A stretch of DNA of 64,000 bases, from positions 78,928,001 through 78,992,000 of the forward strand of contig NC_045697.1 in assembly GCF_009834535.1 (NCBI RefSeq). The letters run 5' to 3'. Every line of letters starts with the position of its first letter. Positions within the stretch are counted from its first letter, which is position 1. The position numbers and the translations under genes are program-made. The stretch is from Camelus ferus. Its lineage: Eukaryota. Below, in pieces: positions 52,196 through 64,000 of this stretch. The notes under the pieces are model-generated. The model saw only the letters and a program-made list of their open reading frames with translations. It was not told where the DNA came from and searched no databases.

Positions 52196-53599
52196 TATAT
52201 ACAAAATATTATATATAGTATGTGTATGTGTGTGCATCTGTGGCAGAATTTAAAATTTAGGTTAAATATTAAAGAATCAGCCATAAAGTTCATGGTTACA
52301 CTTTACAAGAGTAAAGAGACCTGTTGAACAACGCAGAGTAATTAGAACTCCACATGTAGCTCTAATAGGAGACCACCTAGCCCACAAAGAAAAGGAAAGC
52401 CCCAAAGGTCACTACATAGAAACAATGTGAAGCATTAAAACAATGTAACAATGAGAGAGTTTTCATCTTTGGCTGGAATGCTTTAATTGTATCTCAAGTA
52501 AAATAAAATACACTCTAGAATATTTATAGTTTCAACCAATCTAATTTTCATATAATATGACCCTTCCTTATGTATGTAAAGAGTTAGATACCTATTGACT
52601 TGCCGTTTGTACAGCAAACTGAATGCAAACTCAATGAAGTCTCAAAAGCTCCTTTGCAAAATGTAACCTGGTGGTAAAGGCTTTTTAATGTGCTCCCAAA
52701 GGTGAAAGTCAACTAGGAAGGGCCAGAGTCTAAATAATCAGAGGCAGCAGATCAGTTACTCACAAAGGGGTCTAACATAGTCTCTCCTTCCAATGTCCAA
52801 CTTGGGAGGACTAGAGAGACAACAAAAGTGTTCCTATTATTTTGCTACTAATCAGAGATGCCCAAGAATGTTTTAAAATGTGAACCTTTCTTTCCCAATT
52901 GCGAATAGGAAAACAAAATTTAACAAAAAAGATTGCTTAGAAGTATTCAGGACAAAACTGATCTATCTTTATTTATGCTTCATGGAGCATAAATATCAGC
53001 AGACTTTCCTAGGATTTTTAAAATCCTGATAGTTATTTACATTATATTCTGATAAACCTCTAAGGCACAGAGATTTACAAAAAGTAATAGGAGAAATCTC
53101 AGCTGCAAATTCTAAGACATTTTACCTTCCATGTACTTGTCAACGTGAGCAACACAGAGAACGTAGGCTTTAGAGTCAATATTACCAATCTTAATATTAG
53201 TCAATCTTGTCCTAACATTACCAACATCAAAGGATTCTTGTAACAATTAGACCTAATCTAGGTGAGCATATTATAGACACATAATTGTCTTTATTATCAT
53301 TATCCTCTGAATAGCTTAGACTGCAGTCAGGTATAACCTGGTATACTCTGTGTCCATCAAGCTCAGTTTCACAGATGAGGAACACTGGTGGAGAAGAGAA
53401 AGTGCTAAATTATTTTATACCCACACTAGTGCCACGAGGTAACTAGACAAGGGAAGACCCTTGTCCTGAGGTGTGGTAGCACTCAGTACTCTTCACCAGA
53501 CAGTCCCTATTTAGGCCCCTTCTGAGCATTGGGGGAAGGAGGCCTTGTACTAGTTTGGGCTTTTGTATTATGAGCAGGAAGGGTGTGCATCATCTGGGC

Positions 53600-53826
53600 C
53601 AAGTATTTAACTGCAAAGCAAGATCATCCAAAATTCTCTTTTCCATCTGGCATAGTGACCAACAATGTTCAAAATGGTGGCCACTCTCTTAGCCCAGATC
53701 CCTGAGTGACTACAATCTACAGAGCCTCCCTGACGACCCGTAAATGACACGCAGTGCAAGCAAGAATTGAAACTTGCTTTAGATTTTCGAGCTTATTCGT
53801 TACTAGCCTAGCCTAATCGATAAATA
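53600..53826 (+). mobile_element. MLT1 LTR 3' part
   Basis: agcccagatccctgagtgactacaat...cagagcctccctgacgacc...gttactagcctagcct. Confidence 0.65.
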
Positions 53827-53905
53827 AGGGAAGATGATTCATTGTGTGGATATCAGTCTCTCTCTGTCTCTCTGTCTGTCTCTCATTATACTCCTACTAC
53901 TGCTA

Positions 53906-53925
53906 GCTGCTGCTGCTGCTGTTGT

Positions 53926-53953
<28 letters not shown>
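53906..53953. repeat. Compound microsatellite (GCT)5(GTT)3(ATT)8
   Basis: Seen directly. Confidence 0.9.
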
Positions 53954-53958
<5 letters not shown>

Positions 53959-54039
53959 TATTTGGTACTAGGCACTTAACTAAAAGATAACACGGCATAC
54001 AGGATGGTCATGTGCATGCTAAGTATACATAGAAAGACC

Positions 54040-54275
54040 ATCTACAGAGAAAGCAGAACAAACTACATGCTTATTCACATAGATATGACATTCTCATAGG
54101 GATGAGAAGCCAGAGTAACTAAATGACAATTTTCTGGTTCCTTTCAGCTGAGTTGTACTTCCTATATTTTATTTCCAGGAGAAGTAATTATATTCTCTCA
54201 GCAAGCCTTTTTATTACTTGAGCTAGTTTGAGTAGGTTTCCAGCCTTTGCAACAAAAAGAATGCTAATTAAAACT
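54040..54275 (+). mobile_element. Old MLT1 LTR 3' fragment
   Basis: tacttgagctagtttgagtaggtttc...ttgcaacaaaaagaatgctaatt. Confidence 0.55.
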
Positions 54276-57200
54276 GGGTCTTGGATCAGAGCAAGGTACG
54301 TGGCGCCCAGTAACATTACAGGTAGCGTGCTGCTAAGAAGGAGAACAGGGGAAAGATTAAAGGGATAATTCCTTGCCCCAGTGGCCCAACAGTTAAGCCA
54401 AACAGTGCAGCTACCAATGGCAAACCTAGCAAGCCCCCAAATAAACCTTAAAGAGGATAGTATGTCGTAAGGAATGTTTAAAGCCTGTTTGATGAAACGG
54501 GAAACTGCTTGTCCTCCGAATTAAACAAGTGCTTATGTTCTATGGAGTAAATAGCTACATAAAAATACATCATCGATGAAAAATGTTTACGTGCAGAGGT
54601 CTTACTCCAAGGAGAATGCACGTCAGGCTCAAGCCTAGTTCCTGCGGTATGTACCAGCGCTGCGGGGGAAACTAGAGCACCTGCCGGAACATCTGATTAC
54701 TTAACCAGGCCTTTGTCTAGTCTGTCAGATCCCTCTGTTAGAAATCGCTTTTTCTGACATAATAAAAAGAAAACCAGTTTTTCAAATGAATGTTCTTCTA
54801 CTCCAAAGAGCAAGCCAGGACTCATACTCGCCGTGTGTGTCACCATCTCCTTTCAGGAGATGTTAAATGACTGCAGGACTTCACTCCAGGGAGGGGCTGT
54901 CCCTGCAACTTTCGCTGATTTGTTTAACTAGCAGTGAAATGTGATTTACATGCCTTTCTCCCAAGGTGGTCTTCTCTAAAAACCACAGCAAAATGATCAT
55001 CTGCAAGCTGAGCTTATGGTAAATAAAACCGGTCCTTTCTTTTCTAAAGTGGAAGGTCTAATCCTGTAGTCTTGATTGCTTTCCTAATTACAGACTCCAG
55101 TCACTGCCACAGTATCCAGTGGCGGCAAGAACTCTGTAACTGGTTATACATCCCATTCTCATTGGGAAACTCCTCACTTAAAGCCAGTACAGAACCAACT
55201 CATCTCCACACTGTTGCAGGTATTGAAAACTTCATTAAAATGAGGGTTTCATTCCCCTTTTCGTTTGGTCTTCTTTCTCTTTCTTATATTTTTCTCTTTC
55301 TCACTGTTAACATCACCAGAATAATATGTTCTTTTCTTTCAATAAAAAAAAAAAATAGTCCAAAAGATTAGTATCATCTCCTAGGACTAGAATACTGAGG
55401 AATAACAAAGCAAACCAGATCCCAAAATCACAAGGGATTTTTTTTTCTCAGCTCATTTCTCAAATATAGGATGAGTGGAGACAAGGAAGGTATGTATCAC
55501 AGGCAGATCCCCCCACTCCAAGAATATGAAAGTCATATAATAAAATGAGAGATGCAGGCAACTCTGGGGAAAACATCACAGGAAAACATAAGTACATCCC
55601 AGAAGACCTCACCTTAAGGAAACACTGGCCTCCATCTGCCCACACTCTTCCACTTGACCATATGAAAAACCCAGATTCCCCTGAATACGTGCCTTTGTCC
55701 CAGGTGTTACACCAACTCAGATCTGGGAGGAAGAACAGGGGAAAGTTTTTAACTGAAACCTAGATACAGAATTTAGTGCTTTGTAATTCAGTAGCACCTC
55801 CTACTCAATGTCTAAAGCGTTTTTCAAGTATGAGGTTTTATTACGCTTCTTTTCAGAAAACAGGAAAACAAACTGAAGTAGAATAGACTTAAGCCTTCAG
55901 TCAGCCAGCAAGGGGGTAAGAAATAGAGGGAGAAGCCCAGAAACCCTTACCGTAAACTGGGCCTCTGATGTCTTTAAGATGCGGCCAAGTCACCCAGTTC
56001 TGAACCCAACCCAACCTCAAGAAAAAAAGGTGATATAGCTACTCCTGAAGAGGATTAACAAGGTGACAACAAGATTCTCAGTGAATGAAGAGGTCACTCT
56101 GAGATCACTATTTACCATGCAACCTTGAAGACTAAGGAAGCAGGGAAGGAGAAACCACATCAGCTTTTCACCACCCGGCTAAAGGTCTATTGCTTCATAC
56201 AAAGGCCGTATCATGACGCTAACTCGCCTGGTCTGGACAAAAGCCAGCTTGTGGGGCTGACAAGTGAGGTTTAACTTCTATAATTATTAACTCACACAAG
56301 AAACTATCGACCTACCTATTTTCTTCTCATAAAGAGTAAAGGCAAATAAGATAAACAGAGTCACATCTTAATTTTTATTCTTTCCAACTATCTCTGCAGT
56401 CAAGTTTATGAATTCAAGTTGTTTTCTGACCATAAAGACAAAAATATTGTAAACAAAGAACACTTTGTATTTTAAGGTAGAAAAGTTGTAAAATTGCTAC
56501 CATTAATAAATAATGTATTTCTCTCTTCATTCAGGCGGCTTCTCAGCCTCCTCCTAGACAAAGTGCAATGAACTGTGCAGAACATGATGTCCTAACGAAG
56601 GCTACCCAGAAACAGGAGCTCAGTAGCACTTGCTTTCAGAGACTATAATTACTTATGTTATATCCTTGCCTTGAAGACAGTAATTCCCTTTCTGACCAAT
56701 TTTATAAGAGAAAACTTTTCTTCTTGAGAGCCAATAATTGGCAAACCTGCCCAATATAGATCAAGATCAAATATTTGATGAGACCTATAAGAAAGATCAG
56801 ATCTATTTGACTGGTTTATATTCAAGGTCTTTGTTGTCCAAATCACTGCCCACTTTTTTACATAAATATATGCAGCTTGAACAAGAGACTATGCAGGAGT
56901 GTATAATTTAACCTTGATATATCTAGAAATTCTAAAACATTTATATATTACCATTTTTTAATCTTAACCACTTCATATTTCTGGGAGTCACATACATTCT
57001 TTTGAGTTGAGCTACTACCATGATTTCTAGGTTACAGATAAGGAAACTGAGGCACCAAAACAGTAGTTAGAGCCATCATTGTCCTTCACAGTTAGAAGAC
57101 TACTGTTGACAGTATTGAGAGACAACAAGGCAAGTCAATTACTGAGCTGGATTAAACCTTCAAATTCTCCTAGGTTTATGCTTGATCAGGGAACCACCTT

Positions 57201-57719
57201 GTCATTCCCACATGGTCACGGAAGTGGGTAAACTTTTTATAATGTCCATGACTTTAAAGGAGTCCTATCTTTACCTAGTTTACCCTTTATCTTGCTCCTT
57301 CCTATTTCAGATCAGCTGTCTGCATATTTCCATGTTTTGAGTATACTCAAGAGCAAGACTGTAAAGAATGCAAAAATAAATCAGTCCACAAAGATTATCA
57401 GCCTGAATGCCACTGAGAGACAAAAGGAACTGCCACAAGGAACAAGGGAAATTAACATTCTTTCCTATCCACCTGGCTAGAACTAAGATCAAAATGAACT
57501 TGTTGGCAAGCTCTGTTAATATTGAAGCATTCAGAGAGTAGAGTCTCTATTTAGTAGAGACTGTTCTAAAATATTCTGAAGCTAAAATATTCACAGGACC
57601 CTTTTATCAGTTGTCATTCTTCCTCACTAATACCATGTTTTGTGGGATTCTCCTTATCAAAATGCCTTGAATTCTTTCTGGAAAAAAAATAAGGAATGAA
57701 TGAATGGTTGAATGAATAG

Positions 57720-57975
57720 TAGAACATGTACAAGCTTTATAATTAGACAGGTCTGGTCATTGAATACCACCTTTGACATTCATTCAGTCATATTTATTTG
57801 ACATTGAGCAAGTTACTTAGCCTCTCTGAGCTACTTAACCTCTCTGAGCCACAATGTCCTCATCTGTTTAAAAAATGAATAATAATGCCTCCTTTTGTGG
57901 TGATTAAAAGAGAATGTACATAAAGCACTTGGCACATAGCACCACACATTACATTCAGTAATTGGTAGCTATTAA
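57720..57975 (+). mobile_element. MIR SINE with internal 18-bp tandem duplication
   Basis: gacattgagcaagttacttagcctctctgagc tacttaacctctctgagc...cctcatctgt...taaagcacttggcacatag. Confidence 0.85.
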
Positions 57976-58424
57976 TTAAAGTTTCTAACAGCCTGGATTA
58001 CCAGTAAAACCATTCTGTATCAATGGGGGGGGGAGGGGGAATATTTAAATTAGCCTGACTACCTTTATCACATGGAAATAAAGCATTCTATTTAGGCATT
58101 TTGGAAATAGTTTGCTGGTGCCTATTTATTACTTCCGAGATTAAACGGATATGAAGGGATCATCAATAATCAAATATAATGTTAATAAACTTTACCTCTC
58201 TTTTCAAAGAACAATAATGCATTTTACCAATGCCTTTGGAAAGAAATAATAATGCTCAAAATTTCCTAATCTAATTCTCAGACCCTCCTAAGTGTTTTAA
58301 TGCAATACTCAATCTTAAATTCTAATTTTTTAAGAAGTTAAAATTTCCTCTATTAGAATGTAGATTCAAATCTAATTGAGCCACTTGAAGTCATGTGATA
58401 TTAAGCATGCCATTTAAAACCTTT

Positions 58425-58649
58425 GAGTTCAAAATCTGTAGATACTGACAGGCATATGTAGAATAGATAAACAAGATTATACTGTATAGCACAGGGAAAT
58501 ATATACAAGATCTTGTGGTAGCTCACAGTGAAAAAAAAATGACAATGAATATATGTATGTTCATGTATAACTGAAAAATTGTGCTCTACCCTGGAATTTG
58601 ACACAACGTTGTAAAATGACTATAACTCAATTAAAAAAAGTCTAAAAAA
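58425..58649 (+). mobile_element. Relatively young, 5'-truncated L1 3'UTR (cetartiodactyl/camelid type)
   Basis: atagataaacaag...tactgtatagcacagggaa...ctataactcaattaaaaaaa; perfect 9-bp TSD aaaaccttt (58416-58424, 58650-58658) at a TT/AAAA site. Confidence 0.9.
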
Positions 58650-58714
58650 AAAACCTTTAAGCTGTGATTTCTTACATGTCTAAAGAAAAGGCTGAAGTAG
58701 ATTTCTAGTTAAAA

Positions 58715-58880
58715 ACTGTTTCCTTCTATGGTATCACACATTTTGTGTGTTAAATATGGGCAGTCGTGGGTAGGGAAAACTACTGAAGTAGGAGAGGGGA
58801 AGAGAAAAAAAAATAAATTATTGGTCCTTCAAAATTGAAATATGTTAGCCAGCTCCTGCACTCAAGCTCTAAAATTCTAT
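58715..58880 (+). repeat. Diverged local duplication B, copy 1
   Basis: Colinear with 59501-59645. Confidence 0.8.
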
Positions 58881-59500
58881 GGCTCTCAGAGGACAAGGAT
58901 AGTATCATACGTACATTTAATCTCTTCCTCACCCCATATCAACATAATACTTTCCTTATAGTAAACATTTAATAATATTTGTCAGTGAGGAAACAAACAA
59001 ATGAACACATGAACTTTGTTTTACATAGTCTAACAGTCAAAGAATTGTCTAAGATTGTTCTTTTTTTAATACATTGATTCCAATGCATGAATATACAACA
59101 ATCATAATTTGAGCCTGGAAACATCTCCAAGGTAATCTTATGAGAATAGAGGACCCTATGGAAAATAGCGGTGATGCTGATTGATCACAGAATGGAAGAA
59201 ACGCTAAAATTTATCCTAAAAGGGGAAGTAAATAACATTTTCTGAGTTTCTATTTCAAATGAAAAGGCAGTGGAACAATCAGAAAAATGCCAAGAAAATT
59301 AATTCAATATGCATGGGAGATAGAACACCAAACAGTCAGCTTCAGAAATCTGTGTAAGTCATGTGGTAGGGACTCGACAGTAAAAGACCAAGAACTTCTG
59401 TTTTAGTTTTACACTTGCTTAAAAAAAAAGCCACAGACTTTGCAAAGTATGCAATGGATACTTTCTGCTGGATATTTTTAATCTGATCGAATTGTTCTCG

Positions 59501-59645
59501 ACAGTTTCTTTTACCGCATCATGCATTATGTACATTAAAGATGGGCAGTGGTTAGGGAAAACTATTCAAGAGGGAAAGGAAAAAGAGGTGATTTTCCTTT
59601 AAAATTGAAATAAGCTATCCATATCATGCTAAACTGTATAATTTT
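59501..59645 (+). repeat. Diverged local duplication B, copy 2
   Basis: Shares atgggcagt, tagggaaaacta and aaaattgaaata in the same order as copy 1. Confidence 0.8.
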
Positions 59646-60347
59646 ACATATGAAAAAAAGGAAATGAAGACAGCAAAAATCATACTACATTTAGTGCTGA
59701 GAGTGTAAGCTTAATTATCTTTTGAATAATTGAATAGATTATCATACCTACAGTGCATTTTATCTTTTATTATGTTAAATCAGTAGTCAAATTTTACTTA
59801 AAAATTAAGTAGCGCTTTACTGAAGCCTTCATTTAAGTAACCTGCATTTCACTGTGGGATTGAAATGAAATTTTTTAACATGTTTATACTCCTAGGCTTT
59901 GTCACCTCCTCATTCTATCTCTAAAGAGAGTGGTGGCTTGGCCTACAGAGCTTTATCTTCTTTCCCACTCTCTGAAGGGAGTTCCATCTTACCAGTCCAA
60001 TGTCCCCACTTAAATTTTCTGGAAAGCTTCAAGGATTCTATCAGAGTAACCTGAATACCTCTTGGGCCCCATCAGTTATGGGTCCCAGGTAATATTGATT
60101 TCTTACTAGTTCACATTTGGAGAACAGAGACCAGTAGTTCACATAATAATCAGATCCGCTGCTGCAGTTCTGAATACATCTGTTAACTTACCTAACACTT
60201 TCTTTTGGATAGAACAGCATGTGCTATTAAGCCTCTAAGTCTAACCAAGTCTCAACTCTGATCCTAATAATATTCCTTTTTGAAACAGATAGGATATCAA
60301 GGCAAACTAGGATTCCAAACCCAAGAGGTTACTGGATTTGACCAGTA

Positions 60348-60422
<75 letters not shown>
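60348..60422. repeat. (AAT)25 microsatellite
   Basis: Seen directly; uninterrupted. Confidence 0.97.
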
Positions 60423-60596
60423 TAATAATATCATTAAGAAAAGTTCCTATGGTGAGAGGTTAGGAATCAGAAGTTTAAAAATAAATTAAGACAGCAGACA
60501 GTGAATAACTAGAGGATGTAGGTATATTATTCAAACAGATTTGCAAAAAGATATGAGATAGAAGTTGGTAGATGCTAAGAGGGCATGAGCTTAGGG

Positions 60597-60805
60597 CAAG
60601 GGTCAGCAAACTAAAGCCCAATGCCTGCTTTTGTAAATAAAATTTTATTAAAACACAGTCACACCCATTCATTTGCATACTGTCTATGGCTGTTTTCATA
60701 CCATAACAGCACAATTGAGTAGCTGCAATAGAAACCATATGGCCTACAAAATCTAAAATATTTATTATCTGGTCCTTTATAGAAAAAAATGTTTGGCAAC
60801 TTCTG
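60597..60805. mobile_element. MER58A hAT-Charlie MITE
   Basis: aagggtcagcaaact...ttttgtaaataaaattttatt...tggtcctttatagaaaa...gtttggcaacttctg. Confidence 0.9.
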
Positions 60806-61977
60806 TCTTACACATTAGGAAACTGATGACTACATTGTGAGAAGAAAAGTCTCTGATTGAGTTCATACCTCATGTCCACACCTCAAATTATTTCACACTT
60901 TAGACTATATTTGAGTAATCTCAATTTCACCATTTGGTAAAAGTGATAAATTTAGAGAGGTCTGCCCTTTTCTACAGACTGTTTATATAATTTTTATATA
61001 TAAATCTAATTAGATAAATTACACTCTTGTCTACTCTTCTGAAATATTAGGGAGCAATATTCCTTACACATTCGAATTGTAACACTTTTCAAACAAAAAC
61101 TGGAATACAGTAAAAGAATTTGAGGAGGATGAAGATAAAGAAAAGGCCTTTAGTGATATTTTAATGATAAGCGAAACATCCTGAAGGAAACTAAAAAATG
61201 AGTAGGTATTGTTAAAGATTTCTGTGGTCAAAAACTTCTGGTAACCATCTAATTATCAGCTAATTATGACCACCATGATTTAGTGGTACCTTGCCACTTC
61301 TGGATCCTATGATCCTCATTGAACAGGAAGCTCTTTCAATGGTAGCCTCTCCCATCTTCGGTTCTAAGCTAGCGAGAACAACTATTATAACACTTTAGGA
61401 TGCCAGTATGCCCTTTAACAATGCATCTCTCAATTTTTTGGTGGAAGGAGTAAGCTCTAAACCATCTTATATTGTTAGGACTGAAACAGACAAGCAATAA
61501 TATCTGTAGAATTGGGGGAAAAAAATCTCTAAATCTGACAAACAGCATGGACTTGCATGACCACACAGGAAAGTCTTGGCTCTTCACCCAGTTATCAGCT
61601 CTAATTCAGTTTCCAAACCCAGGGCCTCTTGAATGAAAGGAATGCCATGATAAACAGAAGAAAGAAAAGACGCCTATAGCATCACCAGTTAGTACTGTAA
61701 ATCTCCCTTCTACCTTCTCCTATGGGGACCTGGAGCCATTTACACACCCTCACCCATCACAGGGTTTGTTTACTGGCTCAGTGCTAAAACAGACTATTGA
61801 AGACTCAGTTGCAGGCTTTGTTGTGAAAAAAACGCCTCCCAAGGTATGGAATGCATTCTGAACCAGCTCCTAAGTATGATACTGTTTTTAACCTAGAAAT
61901 GATATATGGGTTCAGGAACCAAAGGATAAAAAGAGATATGGCAGCCTTCACTCACTCCCAAGGATTCACTATCGAAA

Positions 61978-63361
61978 CTGTTGCTTCTCAACAGTAGAGG
62001 TCCCTTGAGAAACTTCCAGGGGGTATATGAGGTTAAACTATTTTGATAATTATGCTAAGATATTATTTAACTTTTTCACTGTCTTGACATTTGCACTGAT
62101 GGTGGATAAAACCACTGGTGCCGTAGCATGAATCAGAGCAGTGGCACCAAATTGTACTAGTTGCCATTGTGTTCTTCACCTCCTTGCACTTGCAATAAGA
62201 AAACAAACAAACAAAAAAAGTGTCAATTTCACCTTAGAATGTTCTTGATGAAGCCATAAAAAATGTTAATTTTATTAACCCTTGACCTGCGTGTACATGT
62301 CTTTTTAATACTCTGTGTGATGAAGTGGGGAGGATACATAAAGCTCTTCGGCAGTGCACAAAAGGACAATGACTTGCAAAAAAGCACTTATGTGGTCATT
62401 TGAGTTATGAGCTGAGCTAACCCTATTTTTCATGGAACACTATTTTTCACTTTTTAAAAAATGACTGACAAACTATGGCTATTGAGATTGAGATTTGGAA
62501 AATGTTTTCTTGAAAATGAACAAAGTGAGCTTGTTACCTCAAGAAAAACAAACAGTATGTATGGCCAATGATGAGATTCTAGCTTTCAGGAGAAATTCAA
62601 ATTTTTTAAAATTTGTGTCTACCACTATGAGCTTGACAGTTTTCTAAACTTAAAGACTTTCTGATGAGATCAGTGGTGGTATTAACAAGTGTGAATTTTT
62701 GATATTGTGTAATGAAATAGATCAACCTTGAGAAGATCTGAATAACTCAGAAAACAAGTATTTTCCAAGTGACCAGTGCATAGTGTTACAAAATTATAAA
62801 ATATCCATTAAAAATGCAAGACAGACCAATGGATTTCAGTGTAAGAGGGTACTAAAAGTTTACTGGTGTGGTATCAGATTCCACATTGCAACTAACCTGC
62901 AAAAACCTACTGCTAGTCAAATTTTAGTAGGTATCAAAAAGGATGTCCACAGTTATATGAAAAGACTATTAAAATACTCCCTTTTCCCCAACTACATATC
63001 TGTGTGAGGCTGGGCTTCCTGCATACACTTCACCTAAAACAACACATTGTAATACTGACTATAGAAATCCAGCTGTTTTCTATTAAGCCAGACATTAGAG
63101 ACTTGCAAAAATGTAAAACAATACCACTTTTCTCCTCTATAGTTATTTTTCCCTAAAAATATGTTCTATATGTTAACATGTTATGAGTTTATCATTATTT
63201 TTAATGAAGCAATAAATAAATATATCAAAATTATCTTCAGTTTAATTTCTAATATGGTAAATATCCATCACTAAAACCCATGTAAACAAATGCTCCTTGG
63301 GAAGCTCAATACTTTTTTAAAAGTATAAAGCAGTCCTGAGACTAAAGTTTGAGAGCTGCAG
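61978..63361 (+). mobile_element. Charlie1a-like hAT transposon with decayed transposase
   Basis: Degenerate TIRs (ttctcaa / tttgagagctgcag); cattgtgttcttcac encodes HCVLH (hAT CxxH motif), followed by KNVNFI; about 1.4 kb long. Confidence 0.85.
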
Positions 63362-63689
63362 TCTAAGAGACTGCCTTTTTTTAAAAACTGTAATCCAATG
63401 CTGCCTGATAATTCCTAACAGTTCTTTGTTTGACAAGAATAAGGATTTATAAGATAACTGTAAAATCTTATATAAATTGAATGATAACTTCAAGAAGCTT
63501 ATAATCTTATTTTCATTTTACAAAATCACTTTTACAATTACTACTTTGTCAAAACTAGTATTTCCACGAAATAAAATATTGAGCAGTATCTTCTAATAAG
63601 TTCCTTGGAATTTATTTCCTTAAAAGCCATATATTCTTAACTACAGGCATGTTACGCTAAATATGTCCTGTCTTCATTTAGGCTTTACA

Positions 63690-63950
63690 AATATGCATAG
63701 CGTGTTATCAGGGCCCACTTAATCTTCACTTAACACAGTTAACTGCCTTAATCTCTCCTTACAAATAAATTCTTCAGTTCTCTTTACCACTATTATTTCT
63801 CACTTCTGGACTTCCTCCAGTGTTTCTTTTCTAAGAGCTCACAAAACAGCATTTGAATTCCAGGTGTGACCTCTCCCAATAGATGGGAGTGATCTGTTCT
63901 CTGCTCTCCCAAAGAAAAGCCCAAAATAATGCTAGGCCATCACCACTGAA
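63690..63950 (-). mobile_element. Possible L3/CR1 fragment
   Basis: caaaacagcatttgaattccaggtgtgacct resembles the CR1 motif also seen near 14350. Confidence 0.35.
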
Positions 63951-64000
63951 CCTTATCTAACCTTTTTGTCCTCAGTCACCTTGAGATGGCTATAGTATTC

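Noticed and set aside
53440..53470. Small hairpin gacaaggg-aaga-cccttgtc, and similar ones near 23360 and 57545
   Set aside because: Stems of about 8 bp with short loops are expected by chance in 64 kb; not terminators or miRNA precursors.
54301..54312. TGGCGCCC resembling a tRNA-Lys primer-binding site near an LTR end
   Set aside because: Only 8 nt match, not adjacent to an LTR terminal CA, and no gag-like sequence follows.
62783..63007. ORF inside the Charlie element, possible domesticated transposase
   Set aside because: Element is riddled with stops and frameshifts and is internally deleted.
1..64000. CRISPR array, operon, phage or defence-type system
   Set aside because: No regularly spaced repeat-spacer array and no gene-dense region; the sequence is mammalian non-coding DNA.

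Overview
This is AT-rich, CpG-depleted mammalian non-coding DNA, most likely camelid (Camelus/Vicugna). That call rests on two Vic-1-type tRNA-derived SINEs and the absence of recognisable Alu, Bov-tA, PRE-1, Can-SINE or B1/B2 elements. I cannot support any protein-coding gene, RNA gene, CRISPR array or prokaryotic system; the ORF track looks like chance ORFs or repeat remnants. A large part of the window is ancient repeat: MIR, L2, L3/CR1, L1MC, HAL1, MLT1/MLT2 and other LTRs, MER5/MER53/MER58/MER81, Charlie1 and a Tigger2-type MITE. Repeat family names are assigned from memory of consensus sequences and need RepeatMasker/Dfam confirmation. Repeat orientation and apparent A-over-T excess suggest an intron of a minus-strand transcription unit (inference). 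The best leads are a candidate minus-strand alternative promoter/first exon near 21.5 kb, a SINE-L1 chimeric retrocopy within one target-site duplication (TSD), two diverged local duplications, a MER53 nested in MER58B, a perfect 24-bp palindrome and several motif-dense candidate enhancers. I found no convincing novel biological system.
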